A stretch of 63,517 nt of DNA, filler included, from Bdellovibrionota bacterium (lineage in GTDB: Bacteria > Bdellovibrionota > Bdellovibrionia > Bdellovibrionales > JAEYZS01): the NCBI GenBank assembly GCA_963169515.1. It is 7 parts of 7 records of this genome, joined end to end, with 100 filler letters (N's around TTAATTAATTAA, not from the genome) between each part and the next. Parts side by side here need not be neighbours in the genome. Positions count along the whole stretch, not along the records: positions 36,681 to 44,009 come from CAUJEF010000005.1; positions 44,110 to 47,611 come from CAUJEF010000006.1; positions 47,712 to 60,256 come from CAUJEF010000007.1; 4 more parts are not named here. One strand, given 5' to 3'. The notes under the pieces are model-generated. The model had not been told where the DNA came from and did no database searches. It saw nothing but the letters and a program-made list of their open reading frames with translations. A program made the position numbers and the translations under genes. Position 1 is the first letter of the stretch; each line of letters starts with the position of its first letter. This document shows, piece by piece, positions 40,352-51,315 of the stretch.

Positions 40352-41497
40352 ATGCACCGCTTGATTATCGGTATGACGCTGTTGTTTTCGCTTCACGCGT
40401 ATGCGGCGGATACTTTGAATTTTAATATTCATCAACAGTACATCACCCCACGTTCGCTCGGAATGGGTGGAACATTTATGGGCATAGATGATTACAATGC
40501 GCTTCTATACAATCCGGCAATGCTCGCAAGACTTGAGGAAGGGGATCTGAATTTTGGCATTCAGGGCGCGACTTCATTCAAAACATTGGATTTTGTAAGC
40601 GATATTAGTGATGCATCGGATTCTGGGTCGGACTCACAACAAATCGATGCAATCAATGCCGTCTTGGTTGCGAATTATGGTACGCCGCTCGGGTTTCGAT
40701 TTCCACACCTGCAAGCGATTTGGGCGCGACCAGGATGGGGAGTTGCAATTCTGCCGTTAGATTTATCAGTGACTTTGATTCCAAACGACGGTGGTTTGCC
40801 AGCATTGGATGTGACTGTGTACCAAGACACAACGATTGCTTTCGGCCAGGGGAAAAATATTGGGAAATATTTTTCGTGGGGTTACACAGGAAAGCTTATT
40901 TATCGCGGCAACGTAAACCGAGCCATTCTTTCCTCTGAGTTGATCAATGGTGGGGAGATTGTTCAAGAATCAGATTTTAAAGAAGGTCTGACATTGGATG
41001 CGGACCTGGGTGTTTTGTACACTCCGCCGATTGCCGAAGAGGGAATGTGGAGATGGTTCAAATTTGCAAAGCCAACCTTTGGATTGGTTATAAGAAACAT
41101 CGCAGACTATGGCTATTTCGAATCTTTTAAGCTCATCAGTGAACAGTCTGGATCTCCGGAAAAATTGGGTCGTCGTGTAGATATTGGTTCGAAATGGGAG
41201 CTTCCGGAGTTTTGGGTTTTTAAACCGCGGATTTTGATCGAAGAACGCGATATGTTCCATGAATATTTTTCGATAATTAAGGGCCTTCATTTGGGTGCTG
41301 AGCTGGCTTGGAAAGTATCTGGCTGGCTTCAGGGGTCGTATCAAGTAGGGCTCAGCCAAGGCTATTTGACTGCAGGCATCGGCGCGCAGCTAGCATGGTT
41401 TCGCCTTGATCTTGCAACATATTCGGAAGAAATTGGAACTGCAGACGCAACAAAAGAAAATCGACAATACATTGTAAAGTTAAATCTTAATTTCTAG
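40352..41497 (+). CDS. Outer-membrane beta-barrel (FadL/PorV/TraF-like), copy A
   Basis: GGAGG RBS before ATG 40352; RSLGMGG...YNPA motif; terminal Phe. Confidence 0.8.
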   Translation: MHRLIIGMTLLFSLHAYAADTLNFNIHQQYITPRSLGMGGTFMGIDDYNALLYNPAMLARLEEGDLNFGIQGATSFKTLDFVSDISDASDSGSDSQQIDAINAVLVANYGTPLGFRFPHLQAIWARPGWGVAILPLDLSVTLIPNDGGLPALDVTVYQDTTIAFGQGKNIGKYFSWGYTGKLIYRGNVNRAILSSELINGGEIVQESDFKEGLTLDADLGVLYTPPIAEEGMWRWFKFAKPTFGLVIRNIADYGYFESFKLISEQSGSPEKLGRRVDIGSKWELPEFWVFKPRILIEERDMFHEYFSIIKGLHLGAELAWKVSGWLQGSYQVGLSQGYLTAGIGAQLAWFRLDLATYSEEIGTADATKENRQYIVKLNLNF

Positions 41498-41506
41498 GGA
41501 GTTGGT

Positions 41507-42175
41507 ATGGAAGCTAAAAAGATGAAAACATTTTTCAAAATTTTCGGTCTATTGGTATTTACAGTGATACTTACGGGTTGCGAACAAGATGCAGACAATC
41601 AGGCTTCCGTTGCGCAAAAATGTTTAAACGAAATAGGACCAAATGGTGGTCCATCCGACGCACAGAACTGTCTTAATATTGTCGGTAACTCAACTGATCC
41701 ACGCGTACTTAGAGTAAAATGTGCATTAAAATTTATCTATTACGGAATTTCAAAAAATACTCTGATCACTGCCTTTAAATCGCTTGTAAGCAATCCGGCA
41801 ACTGGAAGTCCAATGATAAACCTTGCAAATCAAATTGCTGCCCCTAGTATCGGCGCAGCTGATGACATGGTGGCAACATGTGAAAGCTCGGGTTCTATTG
41901 CCTTAACCATGATTGCAAATGCATCGAAGCTGGGGTATCTGGCGCAAACAGCGGCAGGGTCCAGTGCCATTGGAGCGGTTGTTGCGGCATTGCCAGGTAT
42001 GAATGCTGCGGAGGTTGGAGAAATTGCTGCGAGTATCGCTTCAACCTATTGTGCTGGCGGAAAGCAAGATGAAGTTTGCAACACAATCAGTAGTTCGGGC
42101 TGTGATCTTTCCGATGCAGTTTGCTTAGGCACCTATTGGAAAAATACCTGCCTAGCTCAAACCACCTGCCATTAA
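41507..42175 (+). CDS. Cys-rich lipoprotein
   Basis: Lipobox LTGC; many Cys residues. Confidence 0.85.
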   Translation: MEAKKMKTFFKIFGLLVFTVILTGCEQDADNQASVAQKCLNEIGPNGGPSDAQNCLNIVGNSTDPRVLRVKCALKFIYYGISKNTLITAFKSLVSNPATGSPMINLANQIAAPSIGAADDMVATCESSGSIALTMIANASKLGYLAQTAAGSSAIGAVVAALPGMNAAEVGEIAASIASTYCAGGKQDEVCNTISSSGCDLSDAVCLGTYWKNTCLAQTTCH

Positions 42176-42251
42176 GGTGCCAGGCACCAACTGTCCGTCA
42201 TTCGTCCAGAAATCTGGACGAATGACGGACGGTTGGTGCCTGGCACCTTAA
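42172..42251. repeat. 80-bp palindrome of the GGTGCCWGGCACC family, bounded by TTAA
   Basis: 39-bp arms with one T-G mismatch and a 2-nt loop. Confidence 0.95.
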
Positions 42252-42275
42252 AAAAAATTCATTATTGTCCGATAA
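42249..42275 (+). promoter_or_regulatory. Sigma28-like promoter
   Basis: TAAA-N15-TCCGATAA. Confidence 0.7.
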
Positions 42276-42314
42276 AAATCTTAGAGAAATAAGAGTTTTA
42301 TCAAGGATGATAAG

Positions 42315-43376
42315 GTGCTTTTTTTATTTTACATTTTGTCTTTCGCAAATACTTTCGCAGGTGAACGCTACGAATTTTACAATGGTGCTCGGCAAATGGC
42401 AATGGGCGGAGCCTCGATAGCTGTCGTTAACGATGAAACAGCGTTGATTTCAAATCCCGCCGGGATGGGAAAGCTTAGACAAAGTTACGTTACCATTGTT
42501 GATCCCGAAATTCATCTGAATCAAAACATCACACGGTTTGCAACGGCTAGTAATATTACAGGAACGCTTGCGGTACAGGATTTGTTGGATACCCTTAAAC
42601 ATCACCCTGGGTGGGCCTATCATTTGCAGGCGAATTTATTTCCATCTTTGATTGTCCCAAATTTTGGTTTTGGGCTGCTAGCAAATTGGACATACAACGC
42701 TGAGGTTGATCCAACAGTTACTAGCTTTAGTTTACATTATCGAAACGATTATGCAGCTATCGTCGGATATAATTTCCGACTTTTTGATGGTATTTTGAAA
42801 ATTGGATTCAATGCTAAATACATTAATCGTGCAGAGGTAGACGCGGTTCTTCCCGCGTCCTCAACAAATTTGACCTTGAATTCGCTAGCGGCGGAGGGAA
42901 ACGGAATAGCTTCGGATGCGGGCATTATTTTTACACTGCCGTTTACCTATCTTCCGACACTGGCGGCTGTAGTACATGACATTGGCCATACAAAATTCGA
43001 TGCTGGGGGCGGAATATTTTATGATACGCCTTCTCGCCCACAATTGGTGAAACAAACTTACGACGCTGCATTTTCCATTTCGCCAATCCTAGCGAATAGG
43101 ACACGGATGCAGATTACCGGTGAATATAGCGATATCGGCAACGTGCTTGAAGAAAAAGACATAATTCGACGCATTCATGCGGGTCTCGAATTTAACTTTT
43201 CGGACATGATCTTTTTACGGGGTGGTTACAACCAATCTTATTGGACGGCAGGTTTTGAATTTGCCATGGATAGCTTCCAGTTTCAGGCGACAAGTTATGG
43301 GGAAGAGATTGGGACTGATAACGTGAATAAGCGCGAGGACCGTAGATACGTTATGAAATTCTCAGTGAGGTTCTAA
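42315..43376 (+). CDS. Outer-membrane beta-barrel (FadL/PorV/TraF-like), copy B
   Basis: RQMAMGG...NPAG; TSYGEEIG...RRY; terminal Phe. Confidence 0.8.
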   Translation: MLFLFYILSFANTFAGERYEFYNGARQMAMGGASIAVVNDETALISNPAGMGKLRQSYVTIVDPEIHLNQNITRFATASNITGTLAVQDLLDTLKHHPGWAYHLQANLFPSLIVPNFGFGLLANWTYNAEVDPTVTSFSLHYRNDYAAIVGYNFRLFDGILKIGFNAKYINRAEVDAVLPASSTNLTLNSLAAEGNGIASDAGIIFTLPFTYLPTLAAVVHDIGHTKFDAGGGIFYDTPSRPQLVKQTYDAAFSISPILANRTRMQITGEYSDIGNVLEEKDIIRRIHAGLEFNFSDMIFLRGGYNQSYWTAGFEFAMDSFQFQATSYGEEIGTDNVNKREDRRYVMKFSVRF

Positions 43377-44009
43377 TGAATAAATTATTTAAGAAGTGGA
43401 TTATGTATTTAATACTTTTTATAATGCCATCATCGTGTGGAAACATTCTTGAAGATACGGCCAACAAAAATTCAGACGCAGCAATACTATACCAAGCGCG
43501 GATGTACCTATCTCACGGAGATTGGAGCAATGCCATTACAGAGTTTAATTCCCTAACGGCGGCAACCCTAGCTCAAACTGATGTGAAAATAGATTTGGCG
43601 TCAGCATACTCTGGACGATGCGGTTTGGATTTTATTACAATTTCTTTAAATTTACAGAATTTTAATCCAGTATCCAGTCAGTTTTTTGCAATGGTATTGC
43701 CCTCGGTGGTTACAACAACAAATACTTCTGTCGATTGTGTAACTTCGGAAACAATTTTAAAAACAATTGCAACGAATGGTGTGGTGAATGATCCTGTTGG
43801 ACAGTTCTTGATGGCGTTTAATTCATTAGCAAAAATTTCAGCCATTTTAAATTATTATGCAGACGTGGACGACAATGGAACTGTTGATGCCGCGTGGGAC
43901 GCATGCGGGGCGGGTGGTCTGGCAGATTTACCAAATGCAGATCTAAATGAAATTGTAACTGGGTTTTTCTTATTTATTCATAATATCGCAGGACTTGCGG
44001 TCGGTGTAG
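43376..44009 (+). CDS. Helical (TPR-like) lipoprotein, 3'-truncated
   Basis: Lipobox-like PSSC; TAATG translational coupling to the barrel gene. Confidence 0.75.
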
Positions 44010-44109
44010 NNNNNNNNNNNNNNNNNNNNNNNNNNNNNNNNNNNNNNNNNNNNTTAATTAATTAANNNNNNNNNNNNNNNNNNNNNNNNNNNNNNNNNNN
44101 NNNNNNNNN
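44010..44109. other. Artificial contig linker
   Basis: Same pattern. Confidence 0.99.
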
Positions 44110-44299
44110 AGATCATGTTTCGAAAAAACGTCGTGAGGGTTAAACATCCTGAAGTTTACCGGCAAGCTTATTTCCCGGTCCTCTACTCGATTATTATTTA
44201 TTAATGCAAAGTGCATAACTTTTAATGCTCGGTGATATTGTGCATGTTAGTAAATTTAAAATAATCATCTACTGAATAGACATTTATCTTATCAAGATT

Positions 44300-44701
44300 T
44301 TAAAAATTTATAGTATATGATGCTGACATACCTGTTTTAGTCGTTTTTAAAGCAAACGGTTCTTGGTTTTTTGAAACATATATTTCAATGGTTGGTTCTC
44401 CGTTTCCAACCTGAACTTCACACTTAAATCCTTTTTTTGCAGGACCGTATGTTTGTTCCCAATGTCTAGTTTGATAATTATTTTTGGTGTAATTTCCTTC
44501 TGGTGTAGTAACCGACCAATTGCTGAAAATTCTGGGATAGCTACAAGATATAACATATTTTACATAGTAATTGTCGTTTATAACTGCTTCATCCTTATCC
44601 ATTTCCTCTTTGTTACAAGAAGAAATGATAAAAATAGTTAATGCACTAATCATCATTAATGTGCTTACTAAAATACCTTGTTTTAGAAAATGTGATTTCA
44701 T
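44300..44701 (-). CDS. Bacteroidota-style lipoprotein
   Basis: IISSC followed by the acidic stretch NKEEMDKDE. Confidence 0.75.
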   Translation of the reverse strand: MKSHFLKQGILVSTLMMISALTIFIISSCNKEEMDKDEAVINDNYYVKYVISCSYPRIFSNWSVTTPEGNYTKNNYQTRHWEQTYGPAKKGFKCEVQVGNGEPTIEIYVSKNQEPFALKTTKTGMSASYTINF

Positions 44702-44752
44702 CTTGTTTTTATTTTGTGCCCTTTCGGAAGATTATTATTTTTTCTCAATGCT

Positions 44753-44824
44753 TGCCACTAACGGTTCCGCTATTCGACGTGCTGGCGTTTAGCCACCATG
44801 AACGCCCTAGCCTTTGTTCTGCGA
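44753..44824 (-). mobile_element. attC-like cassette recombination site
   Basis: Minus strand reads TCGCAGAAC...GGCGTT/AACGCC hairpin...GTTAGTGGCA, between two co-oriented genes. Confidence 0.55.
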
Positions 44825-44828
44825 TAGT

Positions 44829-45515
44829 TCAACTTGCCTCTGGTACTTCGGAAAGTTCCCAATGGTAGTTGTTCTTATTAAATCTCCATTTTGCTTTATA
44901 GAAAAATTTTTTATCGCTTGATAACATTTGATATTCGACATAACATGTTCTATAAGCTTCAAACCCATTTTTTATATAGTTTAAAAGTTTCGCTCTTTCT
45001 TTTGCTCCTATAAATGAGGTGTATTGAGTTTTCTCTGAAGGATAAAGAACTCCATTTTGAGGATTGAATCTAACAATTTCTATTTCTTCTTTGCCATTAA
45101 TGACTTCATAAGTCATTTCAGACGAAATTATTTTTGCTGGAGAATTTATGACTATAAACACTACAGTCCCAATTTCATTCACTGATAGGTTATCTTCATT
45201 CAAGTAGGCAAAATTTTCAACCCATAGATACGGTCGATGTGTCAAGGTTAACTCTTCTTTGTAAATATCGTTGGCTTCATTTGCCAACTCATTTGCCTGT
45301 ATGGAAAGTTTATTAGATTCCTTTGCCAATTGATTTGCAAATAGCGATACTATTATTGCTATGGCGGAAATGATAAGTGCTAAAGACTCTATTGAAAATA
45401 ATTTTTGATTGCGAAAAAGTTCATCTGCTCTCCTCTCCATAGTATTAGCCTGAACTTTTTCAGATAATTTATCCGGCTTGGTTTCTTGGCTTCTATTTGT
45501 CTTTTTATCCTCCAT
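44829..45515 (-). CDS. Single-TM coiled-coil hypothetical protein (cassette-like gene)
   Basis: ALIISAIAIIVSLF plus ANELANEAN; AT-rich. Confidence 0.75.
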   Translation of the reverse strand: MEDKKTNRSQETKPDKLSEKVQANTMERRADELFRNQKLFSIESLALIISAIAIIVSLFANQLAKESNKLSIQANELANEANDIYKEELTLTHRPYLWVENFAYLNEDNLSVNEIGTVVFIVINSPAKIISSEMTYEVINGKEEIEIVRFNPQNGVLYPSEKTQYTSFIGAKERAKLLNYIKNGFEAYRTCYVEYQMLSSDKKFFYKAKWRFNKNNYHWELSEVPEAS

Positions 45516-45909
45516 ATGATCGAATGCTCATGTTTTTAATTTCGCAGAACAACTGTCTTATCGCCATTCCCTGACGCAAATATTCCCATTTTAGCTGCAT
45601 TCCCGCCACTCCCTTGAATATACATCCCCATTGCCCTGCCACCGACTGCATTCGCCGTAGCAGATCCGCCAAAAACTCCCCCAATAATCTCAGAAAACCC
45701 CTCTCCCCCGCCGAAGACCCCAGCGGACGATAACAAGATGCAAATGGCACGTAGCAGCGCAACATCCATTGTGGTTTAGCTTATGAAAAAACCGGCAGCA
45801 GTTGGCTCTTCGGTTTTGCTTCCCTAAGGTAAGGTAAAAGGGCTAAAAGTCAAAGGAGTTGGGGACAGAAAAGGCAGCGGCAAGCAAAAAAGGAAGTCAA
45901 GGTCCGGTT

Positions 45910-46206
45910 TTACCACACCGTCTTGTGTCCGATAGCGGCGAGGACCGCGCTTACCTTGACCAGATCTTGGGCAACCGGCGCTACGTCGCCCTGGGCAAGT
46001 TTTTTAAGCTCCTGCAGGTCGTCTGTCAATTGTCCCAGGGTGAAGTGCTCCGGAATGGCGTATGGGTTGTAGAGCTCGTCTTTGTCGATCGACCAATAGT
46101 AATCCGCCGGGTCCATATCGATGAGGTCGCCTTTTTGGCTGCGGAGTTCCTCCAGCACTTTCATAAGTGCGGTCTCGATTTCGTTGATATCCACGCGCAG
46201 CTTCAT
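45910..46206 (-). CDS. Small acidic putative immunity protein
   Basis: DYYW.I...Y....LGQL.DD pattern; starts 1 bp after the toxin-like ORF. Confidence 0.6.
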   Translation of the reverse strand: MKLRVDINEIETALMKVLEELRSQKGDLIDMDPADYYWSIDKDELYNPYAIPEHFTLGQLTDDLQELKKLAQGDVAPVAQDLVKVSAVLAAIGHKTVW

Positions 46207-46207
46207 G

Positions 46208-46507
46208 TCAGTTGATTATTTTGATGATGTTGGCGTAAAAAGTCTGAATCTCCTTTTCCAAGTGCGCCACCCTGGACGCAATGATTCGTTCCCTGATTTC
46301 ATTGCTGGGGGCGTTTTTTAGCAAGCCCAAATTATCCTATTTTAAGGGATTTTGCTTGTATTTTTCAAGCTTTTCCACATGTTCGGCCAATCGCTTGTAG
46401 TTAGAGATCGCCGCCTTGTAGTCTTTTCTGGAGATTCGGCTTTTCGCCTGTTCGATTTCTTCCCTGATGCCCGGTTTGTTCTTTCCACCACCACCCTCGA
46501 AAGCCAT
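46208..46507 (-). pseudogene. Stand-alone RHS C-terminal toxin-like ORF with an in-frame TAG at 46337-46339
   Basis: MAFEGGGG...EHVEKLEKYKQNPLK*DNLGLLKNAPSNEIRERIIASRVAHLEKEIQTF. Confidence 0.55.
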
Positions 46508-46656
46508 TCAATCATTTTACCTTCCCCTTATTAGAATAGCAGGGCATACGGGGGTATGGTACCCTTTGGAGGTGAGCGTCGAAGGGGGGCATATAAGAAT
46601 GTGCGACGTTTAGGAAGCACTTTTCGTGTATTTTTTGTTCGCTGTGTATTTTATGG

Positions 46657-46965
46657 TCAATCTTTTAAGTTCCCTCTCGGTCGCTGACCATGTTTTTCTT
46701 TATAGGCTTGAATATGCTCACTTTCAATGCGTTTTGCCTCTTTCCGCCCGGGAATATCGTGGATAAGGATGCGGGCGAAAAATCTGGTCCAATTATCAAT
46801 CAGGTTGGCAAGTCGCAACTGAACACGCATCCTTTTTGACTTCCCATCTTTTTTGCTGATGGGATCGCTACTAATGCCATACTTGAACACGTCATAGTCA
46901 AGTTTGTCAACTATTTCGTACAAATGGTGCAATTCTTCGCTATCGTCAGAATTCTTATGGGGCAT
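46657..46965 (-). CDS. URI-fold (Tox-URI2/GIY-YIG-like) nuclease toxin, stand-alone
   Basis: HKNS, HLYEI, KYGIS, R, E and PRGN. Confidence 0.65.
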   Translation of the reverse strand: MPHKNSDDSEELHHLYEIVDKLDYDVFKYGISSDPISKKDGKSKRMRVQLRLANLIDNWTRFFARILIHDIPGRKEAKRIESEHIQAYKEKHGQRPRGNLKD

Positions 46966-46968
46966 GAT

Positions 46969-47544
46969 TTACTGCGTTAATTGCCAGCCAGGCTTATTGC
47001 TTTGGGTCTCATAGTTATAGGTTGGCACATAATTAAAGGGAACATTCATCTTCATCTCAAACGCATCGTCTGCTAGATAAAGCAATGGCTCAAAAACAAT
47101 ATCTTCCGGCATTTGAGCAGGATCATTTAGCACCTTTTCATAGTAGTCTTTTCCTTCTGCAATCACGGCGCAACGGGCGTATAAAAAGTCATCAGCAGAA
47201 ATAAAGTTATCGGGCTCGTTGGCTGCGTAGGCATTGGCATGTGCTCGTGTGTCCAATTGAAATAATTTTTCCGATAACTTGTCAGCAAAAAGGCAAATAT
47301 TGACTACCGGCATTTGGGCAAGCGCTTTGACTGCCGGTGCAATCTTGTTTTCGCCACCTTTTTTTGACCAGTCCATTTTATCAATGATACGCCAAAAGTC
47401 GTCCTCGGAGAACAAGTCATCCGCAGGAGATTTATCTTGAAGCCGGATTTCAACCTCTGTTGTCGTCTTACCAAATTTTTGCTTCAAGTCGTTGATAAAC
47501 TGACTGCTTAGGTCGTTTAAATTGACACTCAATACCGTTGTCAT
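46969..47544 (-). CDS. DUF4240-like protein with a short N-terminal extra domain
   Basis: FWRIID and SADDFLYARCAVIAEGK.YYE.VL.DP. Confidence 0.75.
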   Translation of the reverse strand: MTTVLSVNLNDLSSQFINDLKQKFGKTTTEVEIRLQDKSPADDLFSEDDFWRIIDKMDWSKKGGENKIAPAVKALAQMPVVNICLFADKLSEKLFQLDTRAHANAYAANEPDNFISADDFLYARCAVIAEGKDYYEKVLNDPAQMPEDIVFEPLLYLADDAFEMKMNVPFNYVPTYNYETQSNKPGWQLTQ

Positions 47545-47611
47545 ATCAAAACTGTTTTATTTATACAAATATGAGGATATATTATGAAAACGACCTCGAA
47601 AATTTCATCAG

Positions 47612-47711
47612 NNNNNNNNNNNNNNNNNNNNNNNNNNNNNNNNNNNNNNNNNNNNTTAATTAATTAANNNNNNNNNNNNNNNNNNNNNNNNNNNNNNNNN
47701 NNNNNNNNNNN
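47612..47711. other. Artificial contig linker
   Basis: Same pattern. Confidence 0.99.
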
Positions 47712-47712
47712 C

Positions 47713-48162
47713 GTAAGCCTTCCGTTGTTTGCTCAAGACGAACCCATTCTTTCGTTTAAAGAATGGCAGGAAGCAAGAATTAAAGAAGCTCAGACAATTC
47801 TGATCAAGACACAAATTGATCGCGCCGAGTCCATCGCCAAGGACAACAATAAGGTCACGGTAAACGACGTTCAGCAGGCAAAAATAAATGTTGAGATTGC
47901 AAAAGAGCTTGGCGCTCCGGACTATTTTGTTTTGTATATTATTCCTAAATCCAAAGACAACAAAAACGCTATTTTGATGGCGGCCCAAACCATGTCAAAA
48001 ATGGAAATCGCCGATATATTAACAGCTTATCAGGCAGCCATTGAAGAGAAAAAGCGCGCAGTAAACGGCCCTGAAAAGGCTCCTGCGGGTGAGTTTTCTC
48101 AAAGAAACCAGGGCGACTTTTTCACCAATTTATTTGGTAACTCAAGCCAAACGAGAAACTAA
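47713..48162 (+). CDS. Exported helical hypothetical protein, 5'-truncated
   Basis: VSLPLFA-Q looks like the end of a signal peptide; open frame. Confidence 0.7.
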   Translation, partial: VSLPLFAQDEPILSFKEWQEARIKEAQTILIKTQIDRAESIAKDNNKVTVNDVQQAKINVEIAKELGAPDYFVLYIIPKSKDNKNAILMAAQTMSKMEIADILTAYQAAIEEKKRAVNGPEKAPAGEFSQRNQGDFFTNLFGNSSQTRN

Positions 48163-48333
48163 AAAAACATGTTGTTTTTCCATGGGTTAGCCATGTGTTT
48201 GGGATCGAATACTGAGAGGACGAAAAAAATTAACCCCCCGCACTTGACATATTCAACCGCGCAACAATATTGTGCATTGTTTAAAACACTCAGCGAGCTA
48301 TTTTATTTATCAATTATTTTAAGGAGGTAGTGG

Positions 48334-50315
<1,982 letters not shown>

Positions 50316-50355
50316 TTTCAAACCTCATTTGCGGTAGCAAATTGGGTTTTGAACG

Positions 50356-50386
50356 AAAAGGGATCGCAGAAAGCGGTCCCTTTTTT
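50356..50386 (+). terminator. groEL terminator
   Basis: AAAAGGGATCGC-AGAAA-GCGGTCCC followed by T6. Confidence 0.88.
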
Positions 50387-50464
50387 ATTTGTGCTGCACA
50401 AAACATTTGCATCCAGTGCGCTCGCACGATCTAATGAGCAAGTTTCTTAACTAAGGGGGATACG

Positions 50465-50977
50465 ATGAATAAAATCATTATTGCAACCGCAATGCTATTC
50501 GGTAACTTTGCGTTCGCACAGATTCCAAATTTTGAAATGCGTATGCGAAATGTTGAACAAAAGACTTATCAACTTGAACAACAAAACATGCAACTTCAAC
50601 GGCGAGTATGGGATTTGGAACAATATATTTATCACAATCCACCGCCGCCGACAGATACAATGTATGTATGCGCATTTGAACACACCTCAAGCTTTCGCGT
50701 GTATATGGGAAAATCGCGCAGCAAAATAGAGGCCGAAGCGATTGCAAAAAACGCGTGTGTTTCATCAACGGTAAGCCCCCAGTATTGCGCGCTTTATGAG
50801 TGTTCGGCTGAAGATGTTGCCGGCCACACATGCAGAATCACCCATACTGTAAATAAACAAGATTATTTAGGCCGCGGGAAAAGCCTAACGGAAGCAAAGT
50901 CTTCCGCTCGAAACACGTGTGCCGCCTCTACAGCGAGACCACAGTTTTGTGATGTAGAAACATTGTTCTGCGATTAA
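50465..50977 (+). CDS. Secreted Cys-rich protein with a coiled coil and two internal repeats
   Basis: Signal peptide ending AFA; two C..H...G...EA...A...C....PQ.C repeats. Confidence 0.8.
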   Translation: MNKIIIATAMLFGNFAFAQIPNFEMRMRNVEQKTYQLEQQNMQLQRRVWDLEQYIYHNPPPPTDTMYVCAFEHTSSFRVYMGKSRSKIEAEAIAKNACVSSTVSPQYCALYECSAEDVAGHTCRITHTVNKQDYLGRGKSLTEAKSSARNTCAASTARPQFCDVETLFCD

Positions 50978-50984
50978 TTGAAAG

Positions 50985-51221
50985 TTATTTGAGCGACTTT
51001 GGGAAAAGTCCTCGACGAATATATTCAATTATTAACGATTGATATTTTTTACCATCAAATTGGGCCTGTGCTTTTACCGCACGTAAAATATTTTCTGGAA
51101 TGCGCAGGCTAATCGCTTTAGTGGGTTCGTCAATTCGCCCGGCAAGGTTGCGCATATCTTCAAGGAAGCGCACGATCTGCTCAGGCGAAATGGGGGCCGT
51201 CTTTGATTTACGTTTTGCCAT
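50985..51221 (-). CDS. BrnA/CopG-like antitoxin with no intact toxin partner
   Basis: TKAISLRIP..L...K..A...G.KYQSLI. Confidence 0.8.
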   Translation of the reverse strand: MAKRKSKTAPISPEQIVRFLEDMRNLAGRIDEPTKAISLRIPENILRAVKAQAQFDGKKYQSLIIEYIRRGLFPKSLK

Positions 51222-51315
51222 TTAATTTTATCCGAATATCTGCTCGTCGCATTGGGTTTTTGTAATCAACAAATGGCCAGGCGAAAAGATTCCGGTTTTC
51301 AATGTATTCCTCGCA

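Noticed and set aside
45505..45769. Two overlapping minus-strand ORFs (86 and 77 aa)
   Set aside because: Low-complexity translations without RBS; the region looks like non-coding or repeat-derived sequence upstream of the cassette site.
71..46339. Stop-codon reassignment suggested by in-frame TAA/TAG at 71, 26845 and 46337
   Set aside because: Conserved genes here end normally at TAG (uvrC, recG) and TAA (groEL, carD), and none has internal stops. Isolated nonsense mutations or errors are simpler.
48280..48310. CIRCE element upstream of groES
   Set aside because: Only a partial left arm (AAAACACTC) is present; the GAGTGCTAA arm is missing.
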